Below, piece after piece: positions 13,601-24,089 of a DNA stretch of 64,000 nt (position 1 is the first letter of the stretch; each line of letters starts with the position of its first letter). Location of the stretch: NCBI RefSeq assembly GCF_006345805.1, contig NC_043010.1, forward strand, positions 44,578,001 to 44,642,000, written 5' to 3'. The DNA is from Octopus sinensis. Its lineage: Eukaryota. A model generated the notes under the pieces. That model made no database searches, was not told where the DNA came from, and saw only the letters and a list, made by a program, of their open reading frames with translations. The position numbers were made by a program, and so were the translations under genes.

Positions 13601-14207
13601 TTTTTATATACAATGCATATAATTATGTAAGTGTGGAAGAAATTTCAGACATGGAAGTAAAACCTGGAATAGTCTTAAAGTAAACTTAGCAAAGGCTAGT
13701 TTTAGTCAGTGGGAGAGAAGGCACGATTCTGCTACTATCAGGAAAAGGGCTCAGCAGAAAAAGAATAGGAAGGAAATTCCTTATGCTGTACCCAGTGTAA
13801 ATTAATGGACCTATGAGTGGTGTAGAGGAATAACAAGCATGCTGGAAGGTGCACATGGGCTATAAATACACAAATATATTCTCCCAAGTGCCTGGGCAGC
13901 TCTCTATGAGTATTTGGTAGTTTCTGATACCTAGGTGGCTCAATTCTTGATTTCTGGAAGTTGTATAAATGGTCCAGTACTGTATAAGTAACTTCTATAT
14001 GGTTTTTTTAAAATTTCTTCTTTTCACAGGCAACTCATCCGACAGTGCTTTCCCACAGTTATCCCTGGCTCTGTCCACTGCTTGGAATTGATCTGCATTC
14101 ATCTGGGAATTGTCCCAACCAACTTGATCTCTGTCCATATTCAACAACTTTCAAATCAGCTTTGGAAAATGGCTGAAGATGGTTTGGCACCAATTAGTTT
14201 GTTGTAA
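1481..14207 (+). CDS. HPS1: HPS1 / BLOC-3 complex subunit, 3' part (5' exons not identified, presumably upstream of the window); exons 1481-1708, 3287-3457, 5675-5772, 7595-7786, 9187-9325, 9969-10082, 13097-13179, 14030-14207
   Basis: The spliced translation is open across all junctions with AG/GT boundaries. It contains [87 protein letters not shown] and [17 protein letters not shown]...LWKM...PISLL*. These match the HPS1 C-terminus as I recall it from human ([58 protein letters not shown]). Confidence 0.93.
2380..2493. repeat. Compound (TA)n/(TG)n microsatellite
   Basis: Seen directly; it generates the spurious [12 protein letters not shown] ORFs. Confidence 0.95.
2494..2850. repeat. Dispersed repeat; related inverted copy at about 40210-40310
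   Basis: atgggacaagaa...gcaaaacatctggacaactaggtgatacaaaaa is the reverse complement of ttttgtatcacctaactgtccggatgttttgcgttcttgtcccat. Confidence 0.7.
3287..3457 (+). CDS. HPS1: HPS1 exon ([17 protein letters not shown]...GSRAGHN)
   Basis: ttccag acceptor, GTGAGT donor, 171 nt open, phase 0/0 compatible with neighbouring exons. Confidence 0.75.
3740..4035 (+). mobile_element. 3' end fragment of an RTE-like LINE
   Basis: [23 protein letters not shown] resembles RTE C-termini (RPRGRP..RW.D...D); ends in a short (GCAAA)n tail. Confidence 0.6.
4780..5545 (+). mobile_element. Decayed mariner transposon
   Basis: Fragments [27 protein letters not shown] and [19 protein letters not shown]; same left end as the copy at 47750-48577. 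Confidence 0.8.
5675..5772 (+). CDS. HPS1: HPS1 exon ([33 protein letters not shown])
   Basis: caag acceptor, GTGAGG donor; the phase 2 end fits the next exon. Confidence 0.7.
5990..6130 (-). mobile_element. tRNA-derived SINE head (family C); also at about 10700-10990 (-) and 15575-15775 (+)
   Basis: A-box GGCTTAGTGGTTAGGG and B-box GAGTTCGATTCC on the minus strand, followed by ttgtgtccttgagcaag. Confidence 0.75.
6285..6540 (+). mobile_element. RTE LINE 3' tail / tail-sharing SINE; copies at 19620-19932, 51930-52273, 56818-57003 (-), 30115-30290 (-), 58980-59103, 42500-42665
   Basis: Shared cactacactcacggagtggttggcgttaggaagggcatccagctgtagaaac...catgctagcatggaaagcggacgttaaac followed by a (GAT)n tail. 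Confidence 0.85.
7595..7786 (+). CDS. HPS1: HPS1 exon ([16 protein letters not shown]...[10 protein letters not shown])
   Basis: Strong polypyrimidine acceptor; conserved [14 protein letters not shown]; ends at the U12-type donor GTATCCTT. Confidence 0.9.
7787..9186 (+). other. U12-type (minor spliceosome) GT-AG intron of HPS1
   Basis: The 5' end GTATCCTTAA matches the U12 donor consensus RTATCCTT. A branch-like TTACTTGAC lies at 9164-9172, about 15 nt before the CAG, with no real polypyrimidine tract. Splicing restores [10 protein letters not shown]. Confidence 0.88.
8160..8570 (-). mobile_element. tRNA-derived SINE (family B) with internal microsatellite; copies at 13190-13578, 39335-39690, partial at 2240-2365, 31200-31440, 63250-63450
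   Basis: Minus-strand head GGCTGTGTGGTAAGTAGCTTGC...GGTTCAGTCCC and a tail of (GAGTAAAA)-like repeats; several similar copies in the window. Confidence 0.85.
9187..9325 (+). CDS. HPS1: HPS1 exon ([26 protein letters not shown]...FLKKK)
   Basis: Highly conserved DFPG..F..VDRTT motif; GTTAAG donor. Confidence 0.92.
9461..9777. repeat. Long imperfect foldback (MITE-like palindrome) in an HPS1 intron
   Basis: Nested complementary arms: ttaaacatggatgttct / agaacatccatgtttaa, atgcaaaaatgcatgcttg / caagcatgtgtttttgcat and tttatcc / ggataaa. Confidence 0.85.
9969..10082 (+). CDS. HPS1: HPS1 exon ([18 protein letters not shown]...YLWFEDNS)
   Basis: Conserved GYTT/GDF/YLWFE motifs; AG/GT boundaries. 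Confidence 0.92.
11490..12600 (-). mobile_element. Decayed Tc1-like transposon
   Basis: VFFDESWY...[33 protein letters not shown] and a frameshifted [12 protein letters not shown]; disrupted by stops and frameshifts. Confidence 0.85.
13097..13179 (+). CDS. HPS1: HPS1 exon ([28 protein letters not shown])
   Basis: ttgcag acceptor, GTGAGA donor, phase compatible. Confidence 0.88.
14030..14207 (+). CDS. HPS1: HPS1 last coding exon ([26 protein letters not shown]...PISLL*)
   Basis: ttcacag acceptor, TAA at 14205-14207; matches the HPS1 C-terminus. Confidence 0.92.
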
Positions 14208-14929
14208 CTTCTGACCATAGACTAGAATGTTTAGTCATGCTAGTTCAGCTCAGTGGAACAAAATCATTACAGTTTGTACTGTATTATATGTTACTGCTAC
14301 ATTGTTGCTATTTTAATTATGTTTTTTGTAGTTATCATCATAATTCCATTGATATTTCACTTTCGATCCAAAACGAAAATATATATTTCTATTTTGTTTT
14401 TAGAATGTGTGTTTGAGAGAGAGAGAGAGAAAAAAAAACTGTGTATGTGTGTTTGTGACTGTTTCATTGCCTCTTCTTCCTGTCTTCACTTAATTACCAA
14501 TCTAATACACATACACGTATTTACAAATGCTTGTTTTTATAAATGCATATAGATAAATCTATATGCATCTTGAATGGTATGGATATATGTATGGCATGTG
14601 TGTGTATATATGTATATGCACACACTCACATGCATGGTGTGAAAGTGTATATAACACGAACAGCTCACAGGCAGTTGTATGTATATTTATGTACGGACAC
14701 ACATCTGCTTATGTATAATGTATTTATGTTTGTATTTTTTCTATATACACACTCATTTTCATCAAGTGTCGACTGTCATTTATTCCTTTTTTGGTGAAAT
14801 TTTTACATCAGTGTATAAATTTTTAATTGTGAGAAAATCTTTTAATTGTCATTAGGATGATTGTGAAAATGAAAATTTTTATCTTCCTCTAATTCTGTTA
14901 GTTTTCTATAAGAGTAAAGTTATTATTTG

Positions 14930-17000
14930 GTGAATGGTAGAACTGTGAAGAGCAACATTAAATTCCTTGCTGTATTTAGTTACATCTCTTTACATTCTGG
15001 GTTCAGGTGCCACTAAAGTAAACTTTCTATTCCATTCTTCTAGGGTCAATAAAATAAAATATCAATGAAGTACTGGAGTAGGCATAATTAACCCCACCCA
15101 CCTGCAAAATTTGTGGTCTTGTGCATATGTTGTTATTATTTTTAAAGCTGGCAGGATCATTAGCATATTGGACAAAATGCTTGATGGCATTTTCTCCTAA
15201 CTCTATACATTCTGAGTTGAAATTCTGCCATAGTCAACTTTGCTTTCATCCTTTTTGGGGTTGATACAGGCAGTACTTGTTGGGGGTCAGTGTAATCTAT
15301 TTGTCCCTTCCCCTCAAAATTGCAGGCTTTGTATCAAGATTAGAAACAATTATTACTATTATCATCAAGGCAGTGAGCTGGCAGAATCGTTAGCACACTG
15401 GGCAAAATATTTAGCAGTATTTCTCCCATCACTACGTTGTGAGTTCAAATTCCACTGAGGTTGACTTTACCTTTCATCCTTTTGGGGTCAGTAAATTAAA
15501 TACCAGTGTAACACTCGGGTTGATGTAATCAACTCATCCCAGCCCTTGTGGCAAAATTTGAAACCATTATTATTATGCTTGGCTTAGTGGTTAGGGTGTT
15601 GGACTTGTGATTGTAAGATTGTGGTTTTGATTCCTGGACAAGGCAATGCATTGTGTTCTTTAGCAGAACATTTCATTTCATGTTGCTCCAGTCCACTCAG
15701 CTGGCAAAAATGAGTAATCCTGTGAGGAACTGGTGTCCCATCCAAATGGGGAATATATATGCCTTGGAAACAGTTCAAATCCCTCCAGACACAATAGAAT
15801 AGCTATCAGACATATTTGTAGCCCATATTCAATCAACTTTAAATATCAATAAAATAAATAGAAGTGGCGTACATATAGGAGTAGGGAAGTTGTTTAACCA
15901 ACTAACCATTATCTTATTATAGTTCATTATTATTACTTAAAGGCAGTAGATAGTAGACTTGCCACAGCAGATTATTTTATTCTGAAGTAATGTTATGTTA
16001 ATTTATGCTCCGAGTTCAAATTGATTATACCCTTTTCCAAAATATGTAGGCTTGTACTATATTAGAAAATATTTTTTATTACTATGTAGAGCAGTGAAAT
16101 ATTAGAACTGACAAGTAGTATTAATGCCTCATGTCACTCAGCATACTGAGTTTTACTGAAACTGACTTTAAAATGTTATCCGTCTAAAGTTGACTAAGTA
16201 CCAGTTACATACTGGTTGATTCACCTAACTAGATCCTTCTCCCATTTACATTCTACCAATGGAAGTTATCACTGTTATAAGAACTATTTTTATCTAGAAA
16301 ACCTTTCTTCTGTAAATTTGTGCTTTTGGCTATAAGCCAGAAATTATTATTATTATTAAGGTGGTGAGCTGGCAGAATTGTTAGTATGCTGGGCAAAATG
16401 CTTTGTGGCATTTCATCCGTCTGTATGTTCTGAGTTCAAATTCTGTTGAGGTCAACTTTACCTTTCATCCTTTCGGGGGTTGATAAAAAAAGTACCAGTT
16501 GAGCACTGGAGTTGATATAATTGACTTGCCTCCTCCCCTGAAATTTTAGGCCATGTGCCTATATTAGAAAAGCTCATTATTATTATTATTATTTCATTGT
16601 TGCTATTCCTTTGTTTTATGTGAGCTGTTCCAATTCTTGCCCAGAAACCTTAGGAAACAGCATGTTGAACATTTTTTGCAAGTGTTTTTTATGTGTGATA
16701 ATAGATTTCAGGTAAAGGAGGCCAAATACACTAAGAATTAAAATTTTGACCAAATAAAAAATTAAGATTCTGTTTTATTATTATTAAAGGATTGGTAGAA
16801 TTGTTCGAGCATTGGAAAAGTGCTTTGCAGCATTTATTCTGGTTCTTTACATTCTGAGTGTAAATTCTAAGAAGGCCAGCTTTGTCTTTAATCATTCCCG
16901 AGTCAATAAAATAAAATACCAGTCAAGTACTGGAGTTGATTTGATTGACTAAACCCCACACCCTAAAAATGCTGGCCTTATGCCTAAATCAGAAACAGTT
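14930..17000 (+). mobile_element. Cluster of family A tRNA-derived SINEs (about 14930, 15150, 15368, 16339, 16787); others at 10484-10640 (+), 41272-41480 (+), 57350-57510 (+) and 4270-4465, 12750-12920, 27770-28520, 33150-33660, 34140-34320, 43170-43300 (-)
   Basis: Recurrent ggcagtgagctggcagaatcgttagc...gagttcaaattc...gactttgcctttcatcctttcggggtcgataaaataagtaccag...ggccttgtgccaaaatttgaaacc followed by (ATT)n. Confidence 0.85.
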
Positions 17001-18654
17001 ATAATTGTTGTTGCTGTCACTGAAGAGAAGAGGTAAGCTGAATATATTATTCAGTTTGGATACTCATGGGGGCCAATCCATTTAAGAATGCTCTCTAGAA
17101 AAGCATGAATGTTACATTCCTCATCCTTTACCAGTCAGCCTTATGTCTATGTAGATTATATTGTTACTACCACATTATTAAAATAAGTACCAGCCACATA
17201 CTGAAGTGGAGGCTTCATCTTCATCAACTAAATGCCTCTCCAGCAAAACTGTGGCTTCATTCCACTATAAGAGACCAATGTTATTAAATGTGTTATCAAA
17301 CATGCAGCAAGTGGATGAAATGGATTAAATACCTTGGTTTTTAGTCACAACTTTGCCAGAGTTGAATTTGTGTTCCGTCTCTCTGCAGAGGGGTTCATTA
17401 AAATCAGTACCAGTCAAATTATTTGTTTCTAGGATAGAGTAGTTCATCCAGTAGGTGTCAGACTAAATGCCTTCAGCTATTTCTTTTTATTATTTTAAAT
17501 ACCAACAGAGATCAATTTTATCTTTTATCCTCACTGTATTGATAAAAGTGCTGCACTGGGATGGGTTCAAGAGAATGTGTCTTTTCTCTACAAATGTGTC
17601 ATCAAAGTTATAATAATACTTATATTTAACATTATTATTTCCTTGAATCATTCTTAGTGCCTTAAATTAAATATACTTCTTTTCTACCAAAGTGTCAAAG
17701 TTATATATTTGCTTGAGTTATTTTAAATGCCTTAAATTCTATGGAACGAATCAAATTTTATAAACTATTTTTCTAGTCAACCAGGAGAATGTCTGAATCT
17801 ATTTTTTGACAAATTACATCCTTTGTTTTTAATTGCTTGAACATTACAATAAATTGCTATGTCCAAACATTCTTTATATTGATGAAAATAAAACCGATCA
17901 AACCAGAAATGCATTTTTTGTGTATAATTTAGTACTTTTCTTTGCTTTCCTTATATGCAAAAGCAAGCATTTTTTCAAAAATTACTGTTGCTGACTATTG
18001 TAGGGGTAATGAATCATTTTGGGTCAGCTTTATAAACCTTAGCCTAAAATAGTAGTTTAATAATCAACAAAGTTTGTTGTTTGCTTTTGGTTCCCAGTTA
18101 CAGCTGCTTCACTTATATTGTGAATGATAATGACATATATTGCATGCCAAAAGCAATGCTCACTTAAAACATTATTTGTTTCAATCAAAATCTAGCCATT
18201 AAGAAAAAAAGCAAATGATATTTATTAATTTGAATATAATAATCAATGATCTGGGATAATTATTTTTTTAATACACTATCAACAAACTTTTTATAGTAGA
18301 AATTTATCCAAGATGTTAGCACAATGGAATTGACCCTGAAATCATATGATTCAGAAGCAAACTTCTTAACCACAAAGCCATGCCTGCATGTGTGTGTTTA
18401 ATCATTTAGAATTCAGGGAGCTTCTGTTGCAAGTGAGTTTAGGAGAAAAAAACTGAAAGAAACTCCATTGTGCATATGTAAGTGTGATTTGTTAAATTTG
18501 TGCTCTACAAAAGTTATGAGCTGTGAGCTGTATTGTTGTGACTTCTATGGACAAATTGTCCTGTTGCTTTGTGCCTTCAAAGACTTGTGAAATAAGAGAA
18601 CCCTTACTTGAAAAATAGTTAATGATTACTAATCATTACAAATATACAAATAAT

Positions 18655-18707
18655 TACAGAGGTATCAAGCAATGAAGGTCACGGAGAGGGTCATAGCCCA
18701 ACTAATT

Positions 18708-18739
<32 letters not shown>

Positions 18740-19932
18740 TTTAGATGAGATGCAGTTTGGGTTCGTGCCAGGGAAAAGCACCACTGATACTATATTCCTG
18801 GTAAGATAGCTGCAGGAGAAATACCTCTGTACCTGGCTTTCGTTGACATGGAGAAAGCCTTTGACAGGGTCCCCCCATCCCTTATCTGGTGGTCAATGAG
18901 GAAACTAGGGATAGATGAATGGTTAGTGAGAGCTGTGTGAGCCATGTACAGAGACACTGTTAGTAAGGTGAGGGTTGGCAACAAGTACAGTGAAGAATTC
19001 CGGGTAGAGGTAGGGGTCCACCAGGGTTCAGTCCTCAGCCACCTATTTATTATAGTCCTCCAGGCAATAACGGAGGAATTCAAGACAGGATGCCCCTGGG
19101 AGCTCTTCTATGCTGATGACCTTGTTCTAATTGCTGAGTCACTATCAGAACTGGAGGAGAAGTTTCAGATGCAGAAGCAGGGATTAGAATCGAAGGGCCT
19201 TAGAGTCAACCTAGCTAAAACCAAAGTCCTAATAAGTAGGAAGGTAGACAAATCACAAACGCCTAGAAGTAGTCGATAGCTTCCGTTACCTAGGTGACCA
19301 AGTCAGTAGTGGGGGCGGGTGAGGGGAACCTGTGGAAGAGGTAGACCCAGGAAAACCTGGGACGAGGTAGTGAAGCACGACCTTCGAACATTAGGTCTCA
19401 CCGAGGCAATGACTAGTGACCGAGACCTTTGGAAGTATGCTATGCGTGAGAAGACCTGGCAGGACAAGTGAGACCATAACCCGTGGCCTCTACATGGGAT
19501 GTAGCCAGTCTGCTTATGCATACCTTTCCTTCTTGGGACACAAAACTACTTGCGAAGACCTGTTAAGGCAAGTGAAATCGAAATCGATCATTATTAATGG
19601 AAATTGTAGTTGTGATACCAGAGCCGGTGGCACGTAAGAGAACCACCCAAACGTGGCCGTTGCCAGCACCGCCCCGACTGGCCTCCGTGCCGGTGGCACG
19701 TAAAAAGCACCAACCGATTGTGGCTGTTGCCAGCCTCGTTTGGTTCCTGTGCTGGTGGCATGTAAAAAGCACCCACTACACTCACGGAGTGGTTGGCGTT
19801 AGGAAGGGCATCCAGCTGTAGAAACACTGCCAGGTCAGACTGGGCTTGGTGCAGCCTTCTGGCTTCCCAGACCCCAGTTGAACCATCCAACCATGCTAGC
19901 ATGGAAAGAGGACGTTAAACGATGATGATGAT
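18655..19932 (+). mobile_element. 5'-truncated, internally deleted RTE-clade LINE
   Basis: RT motifs DEMQFGFVPGKSTTDTIF, AFVDMEKAFDRVP, VGVHQGSVLS and YADDLVL; C-terminal GRGRPRKTWDEVVKHDLR; 3' UTR and (GAT)n tail. Confidence 0.92.
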
Positions 19933-20376
19933 GAGACAAACAGGAAGGGTGTCTGGCTGTAAAACAATCCTCAATAATATATTTTTCTAATCCATACCAA
20001 CATGGAAAAACAGTAGTAAAAGCAAACCAATGTACATACATATGTGTATATCAGTCTATGTATTTATGTATATGCATTTATATATTTTTATACGCATATA
20101 TCTGTGTTTACATATAACCATATGTAAGTTTAAGATTATTTCTGATTATAAGAATTACTTTATTTTTATTTTCTTTTGCTTCACGGAACTAATGGACATA
20201 TTTTAAAGATATTGCATTATCACATGACATCCCAATGAAATTTCAATAGAAGTCTTTTGAATAATCACATTAATATTTTCAGCTATGTAATGAGAAAATT
20301 TGTGGTTTATAATTTAGTTTGATGAGTGCTATGCACAAAAGTCTAGATTCTGGAGTCACTTCTGTAGCTTTATATT

Positions 20377-20417
<41 letters not shown>

Positions 20418-20749
20418 ATGAATTTTTTCGTTGATATACCATCCAAGGATCCTCTGTGGCAGGGAGAATTGAAGTGATGAAAATGTAGTCAACTTTAATA
20501 ATAATGAAATTATATTCAAGGCAGTGCTGCAGCATGGCCTTAGCCAAGATAGCTAAATCAGGTTAAAGATATAAATATATACATATATACATATGGAGAT
20601 TATTGATAGAAATAAGAGTGTATTAAATATAAAGTAGTATTTATATTTCAAGATGAGAAATTTAGGGTCATGTCATTCTATCTCCAAGTTCCTCATTGTT
20701 ACAATTACAGCAAAAAAATAATGTAGAGTAGTAATGAATTCTTCAATAT

Positions 20750-21855
20750 GTATATACATGCACACACATAAATAGACATATGTACAAAACATGTATACTT
20801 ATATTATATATATATAAATGTATGTATATATATATACATACTAATACATATACACATCTATATATACATAAAAATACATACACACACACACACATATATA
20901 TACAAATGCATACATTACATATATATATACGTATGTATGTATTATTTTAGAGCAAGGCCGTAACATTATATATTCTCTATAGCTCAACAAGTAAATTTGT
21001 TAAACACCAATCACCAAATCTATAGCCAGTTGATGATGTATTCCGGATAACTAGTGACATATAAAAAAATTCAACTGAGAAAGCACGAAAGGGTCTGATT
21101 GCAATGAAGCTGAATGGGACCCAAAAGAGGCAGATTCCTAATTGATATGTTGTCAAATTTTCTTGTTAACTCTTGAGGCTATACCACAAAGATTATTTGA
21201 GAGTAATGCAATATATATATATATACATATAGATAGATATACATACATATATATATATAGATATACATACATACATATATATTTATACATACACACACAC
21301 ATATATATATATATAATGTATGATGATGATGATGATGTATATATATATATATAATGTATATATAATATATACATTATATATGCATATATATTTTATATAC
21401 ATTACACATATATATATATATATACACACATATATATATACACACATATATATACATATGTATATATCCACATATATATACATATGTATATATCCACATA
21501 TATAAATTTACGTGGCGTTCAATCATATAATGTATATATATATAAATATATGCATTTATATACACATGCATATATGGGTACAGGATGTCGCCAATAGTAA
21601 ACAACATGACATACGAAAACAAATGAGTTCAATTACACAAACAACTAAAGAAACAAATGGAAAACAGTACAAGTAACATAAAGAATGACCCTTCATCAGT
21701 TGTTGGCAGTCTATCTACTCCGCATTTCGAGCACTGAATGACAATATGAGTCTTCGAAGACAGTTGCTCCCATAAGTACCAAAAGTAAATTTGGAATTTA
21801 TGGAGGGCAAAGTTGGGAGCAAAAACAGGACAGTGAGAGACAAACACATATATAT

Positions 21856-21890
<35 letters not shown>

Positions 21891-21960
21891 CATATACACA
21901 TATACACATATATACGTATATATATACATAATACACACATATATATATATATAGTACAAA
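20750..21960. repeat. Large low-complexity (TA/CA) microsatellite field with embedded dispersed repeats (21000-21205, 21577-21845)
   Basis: Seen directly. Confidence 0.9.
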
Positions 21961-22274
21961 GTAAGATAGGGCTTATGGGTGTAACCCACTATGGGACTTT
22001 GTTAGCTTTTGATGTTCTCATTTGTAAAATGAATAAATAATCTAACATTATAATATCCGTAAGTCGATGAATAAACCAAATTCGTTTCTCCATTTTCTTA
22101 TCTGTATTATATATATATATATATTGATGTCATAAGAATGTATAAACTTTCAAGAGAATCCAAAGTAATTTCTTAATTAGAACAGTGCCCTGTGATACAC
22201 ATAGAACTATAAATATCCAAAAGGTATTACTTATAGTTTTATATGATCCACTGTACCAGAAAAAGAATTTCATA

Positions 22275-22790
22275 TAGAAGGTGTGTCAGAAAAGTAACAG
22301 GACTTAGTGATTAGGACTGTGTGAGATATGAGTTGGGTAGAAACTAGCAGGTTGTGTCACTGTGTGATGTAATATCTGGAGAGTATATAACTGTCATCTC
22401 AGCTCTCTGCATCCATTGTATGTTTCTTCATGTGCTTTTGTTAACAGCACCTTGATTTTAGGTCATTATTTTATAGGCACAGAACTTGAAGTTTTTGATC
22501 CAACCTGCATCTTGCAGTTTCTTGCCAAGAAGGACATCACCATGCTAGAGCAACCTGGCTCTGTGAGATTTTTTACCTTGGGAATCCGTTTATCTGTCAT
22601 GGAAGCCATCGAGAGGGCCATGACAACAGAGCTGCGGAGAATCCTTCGAGGAGTGCATGGAGGTATAGCAAAGAAGGACGGGAAAATGTGTTAGACTCAA
22701 GGGGAATTATTCTGAAGGGAAAAACTTGTAGTTTGGATTTGACATAAATGTTTTGACCCCAGTCATGGTTCTTTTGAGACACACCTCGTA
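22275..22790 (+). mobile_element. Non-autonomous mariner deletion derivative (about 0.5 kb)
   Basis: Imperfect TIRs TAGAAGGTGTGTCAGAAAAGTAACAGGACT versus (reverse complement) TACGAGGTGTGTCTCAAAAGAACCATGACT, 23/30 identical by my count; residual QFLAKKDITMLEQP. Confidence 0.75.
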
Positions 22791-22802
22791 TACATATACA
22801 TA

Positions 22803-24089
22803 CAGAGTGGAGCAGACTGGATGGACGTTCTTGAAATGGCTATTACTCAGCCCCAGTGGGAGGGACATATGTCCAACAGGTACCATAGCCAATTTTTCTT
22901 TTCAGGTGAAGCCATGGAACTGTGGATGATACAGCATCATGTGTTTGCTTACAACAACAAGTCTGTCACAGCAGTTCAGTGTGAGTTTTGGCATCACTTC
23001 AACATTCACCGAAATCAGGCTGTTCCCACCTGTAACACAATCTTATGTTGGGTGAATGCACTTCCTACACGAGGTACACTAATGAATAGGAGACAAGCGG
23101 GGGCGCCTTAAACAGTACGGACCCTGGAAAATGTAGAATGCATCAGACAAGCTTTGATACCGTCTGAATCACTCTGCTCAGAGGTGCTCCACAGAACTTG
23201 GATCAGTAATTGATTGGTAAGGCTTATTTTGCATGAAGACCTGCTTTTCCACCTGCACAAGTTGGTCACTGGGCAACAGTTGAAACCATGGGACTATGCA
23301 CAGCAGCTTAACTTTGCACATCAGATGGAAGCAATTTTTGAGGCAAATGACAACCTCATTTTGTTAATGAGTGACGAAGCTCATTTTCATCTGAATGGCA
23401 TGATGAATCAACATAATCATCATTATTGAACTCTCAAAATCCAAGAGAACTGCACGAAAGACCACTGCACAGCTCGAAAGTGAGTGATGGCCTAGTGTGC
23501 TGTTGGAAAAACTGCCATCATTACTTTTTTGAAGACAATAATGGAAATGCTGTTACTGTGAACTCTGAGCATTACATCGAGATAATAAACAACTTCTTTG
23601 TGACTGAATTACAATGAAAACATATGCCTCTTTGACATGTGTCAAATAGGTAACAACCCACACAGCCAGAACATGAATGTTCTTTGTCCTCTCTTTAGTG
23701 ACTGCCTCATTTCCAGTTTTGCTGATATTCCTTGGCCTCCTTGGTCCCCTGATTTGTCTATGTGTGATTATTTTTTGTGGGGGAAACCTCATGGTACGTG
23801 TGTATGCACATAAGCCCCATACATTGGATGATTTGAAGGAAGATATTCCCATGGAAGTTGTACACATCGACAGAGCAATGCTGGAGAGAGTGGAGGCCAA
23901 CTTCCAAGAATGCCTTCAGAAATGCATCAATGAAAATAGACATTACATAATGGATGTTGTTTTCCACACTTGATTTTGACAAAAGCTAATTCAATACGTA
24001 CATATTGATGTCAATAAAATTTGTTTGCAGCTAAAATTAATGATTTTTGTGAATTTTTCAAAAACGTCCTTCCTCTCTGCCCCACTCCA
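22803..24089 (+). mobile_element. Full-length (about 1.3 kb) Tc1/mariner-superfamily element with a pseudogenised transposase (DUF4817-like N-terminus)
   Basis: About 34-bp TIRs (CAGAGTGGAGCAGACTGGATGGACGTTCTTGAAA) flanked by TA; fragments NKSVTAVQCEF..HFNIHRNQAVPTCNTILCWV, MSDEAHFHLNG, NPRELHERPLHS and SPDLSMCDYFLWG. Confidence 0.9.

Noticed and set aside
19620-19780. Repeat-spacer-like pattern resembling a CRISPR array
   Set aside because: Only 2-3 degenerate units with mutually similar 'spacers', inside a eukaryotic LINE tail, and no cas genes.
21680-21740. Minus-strand GAAA...CTGATGA as a hammerhead ribozyme
   Set aside because: I could not form stems II and III or place a UH cleavage site; treated as an ordinary dispersed repeat.
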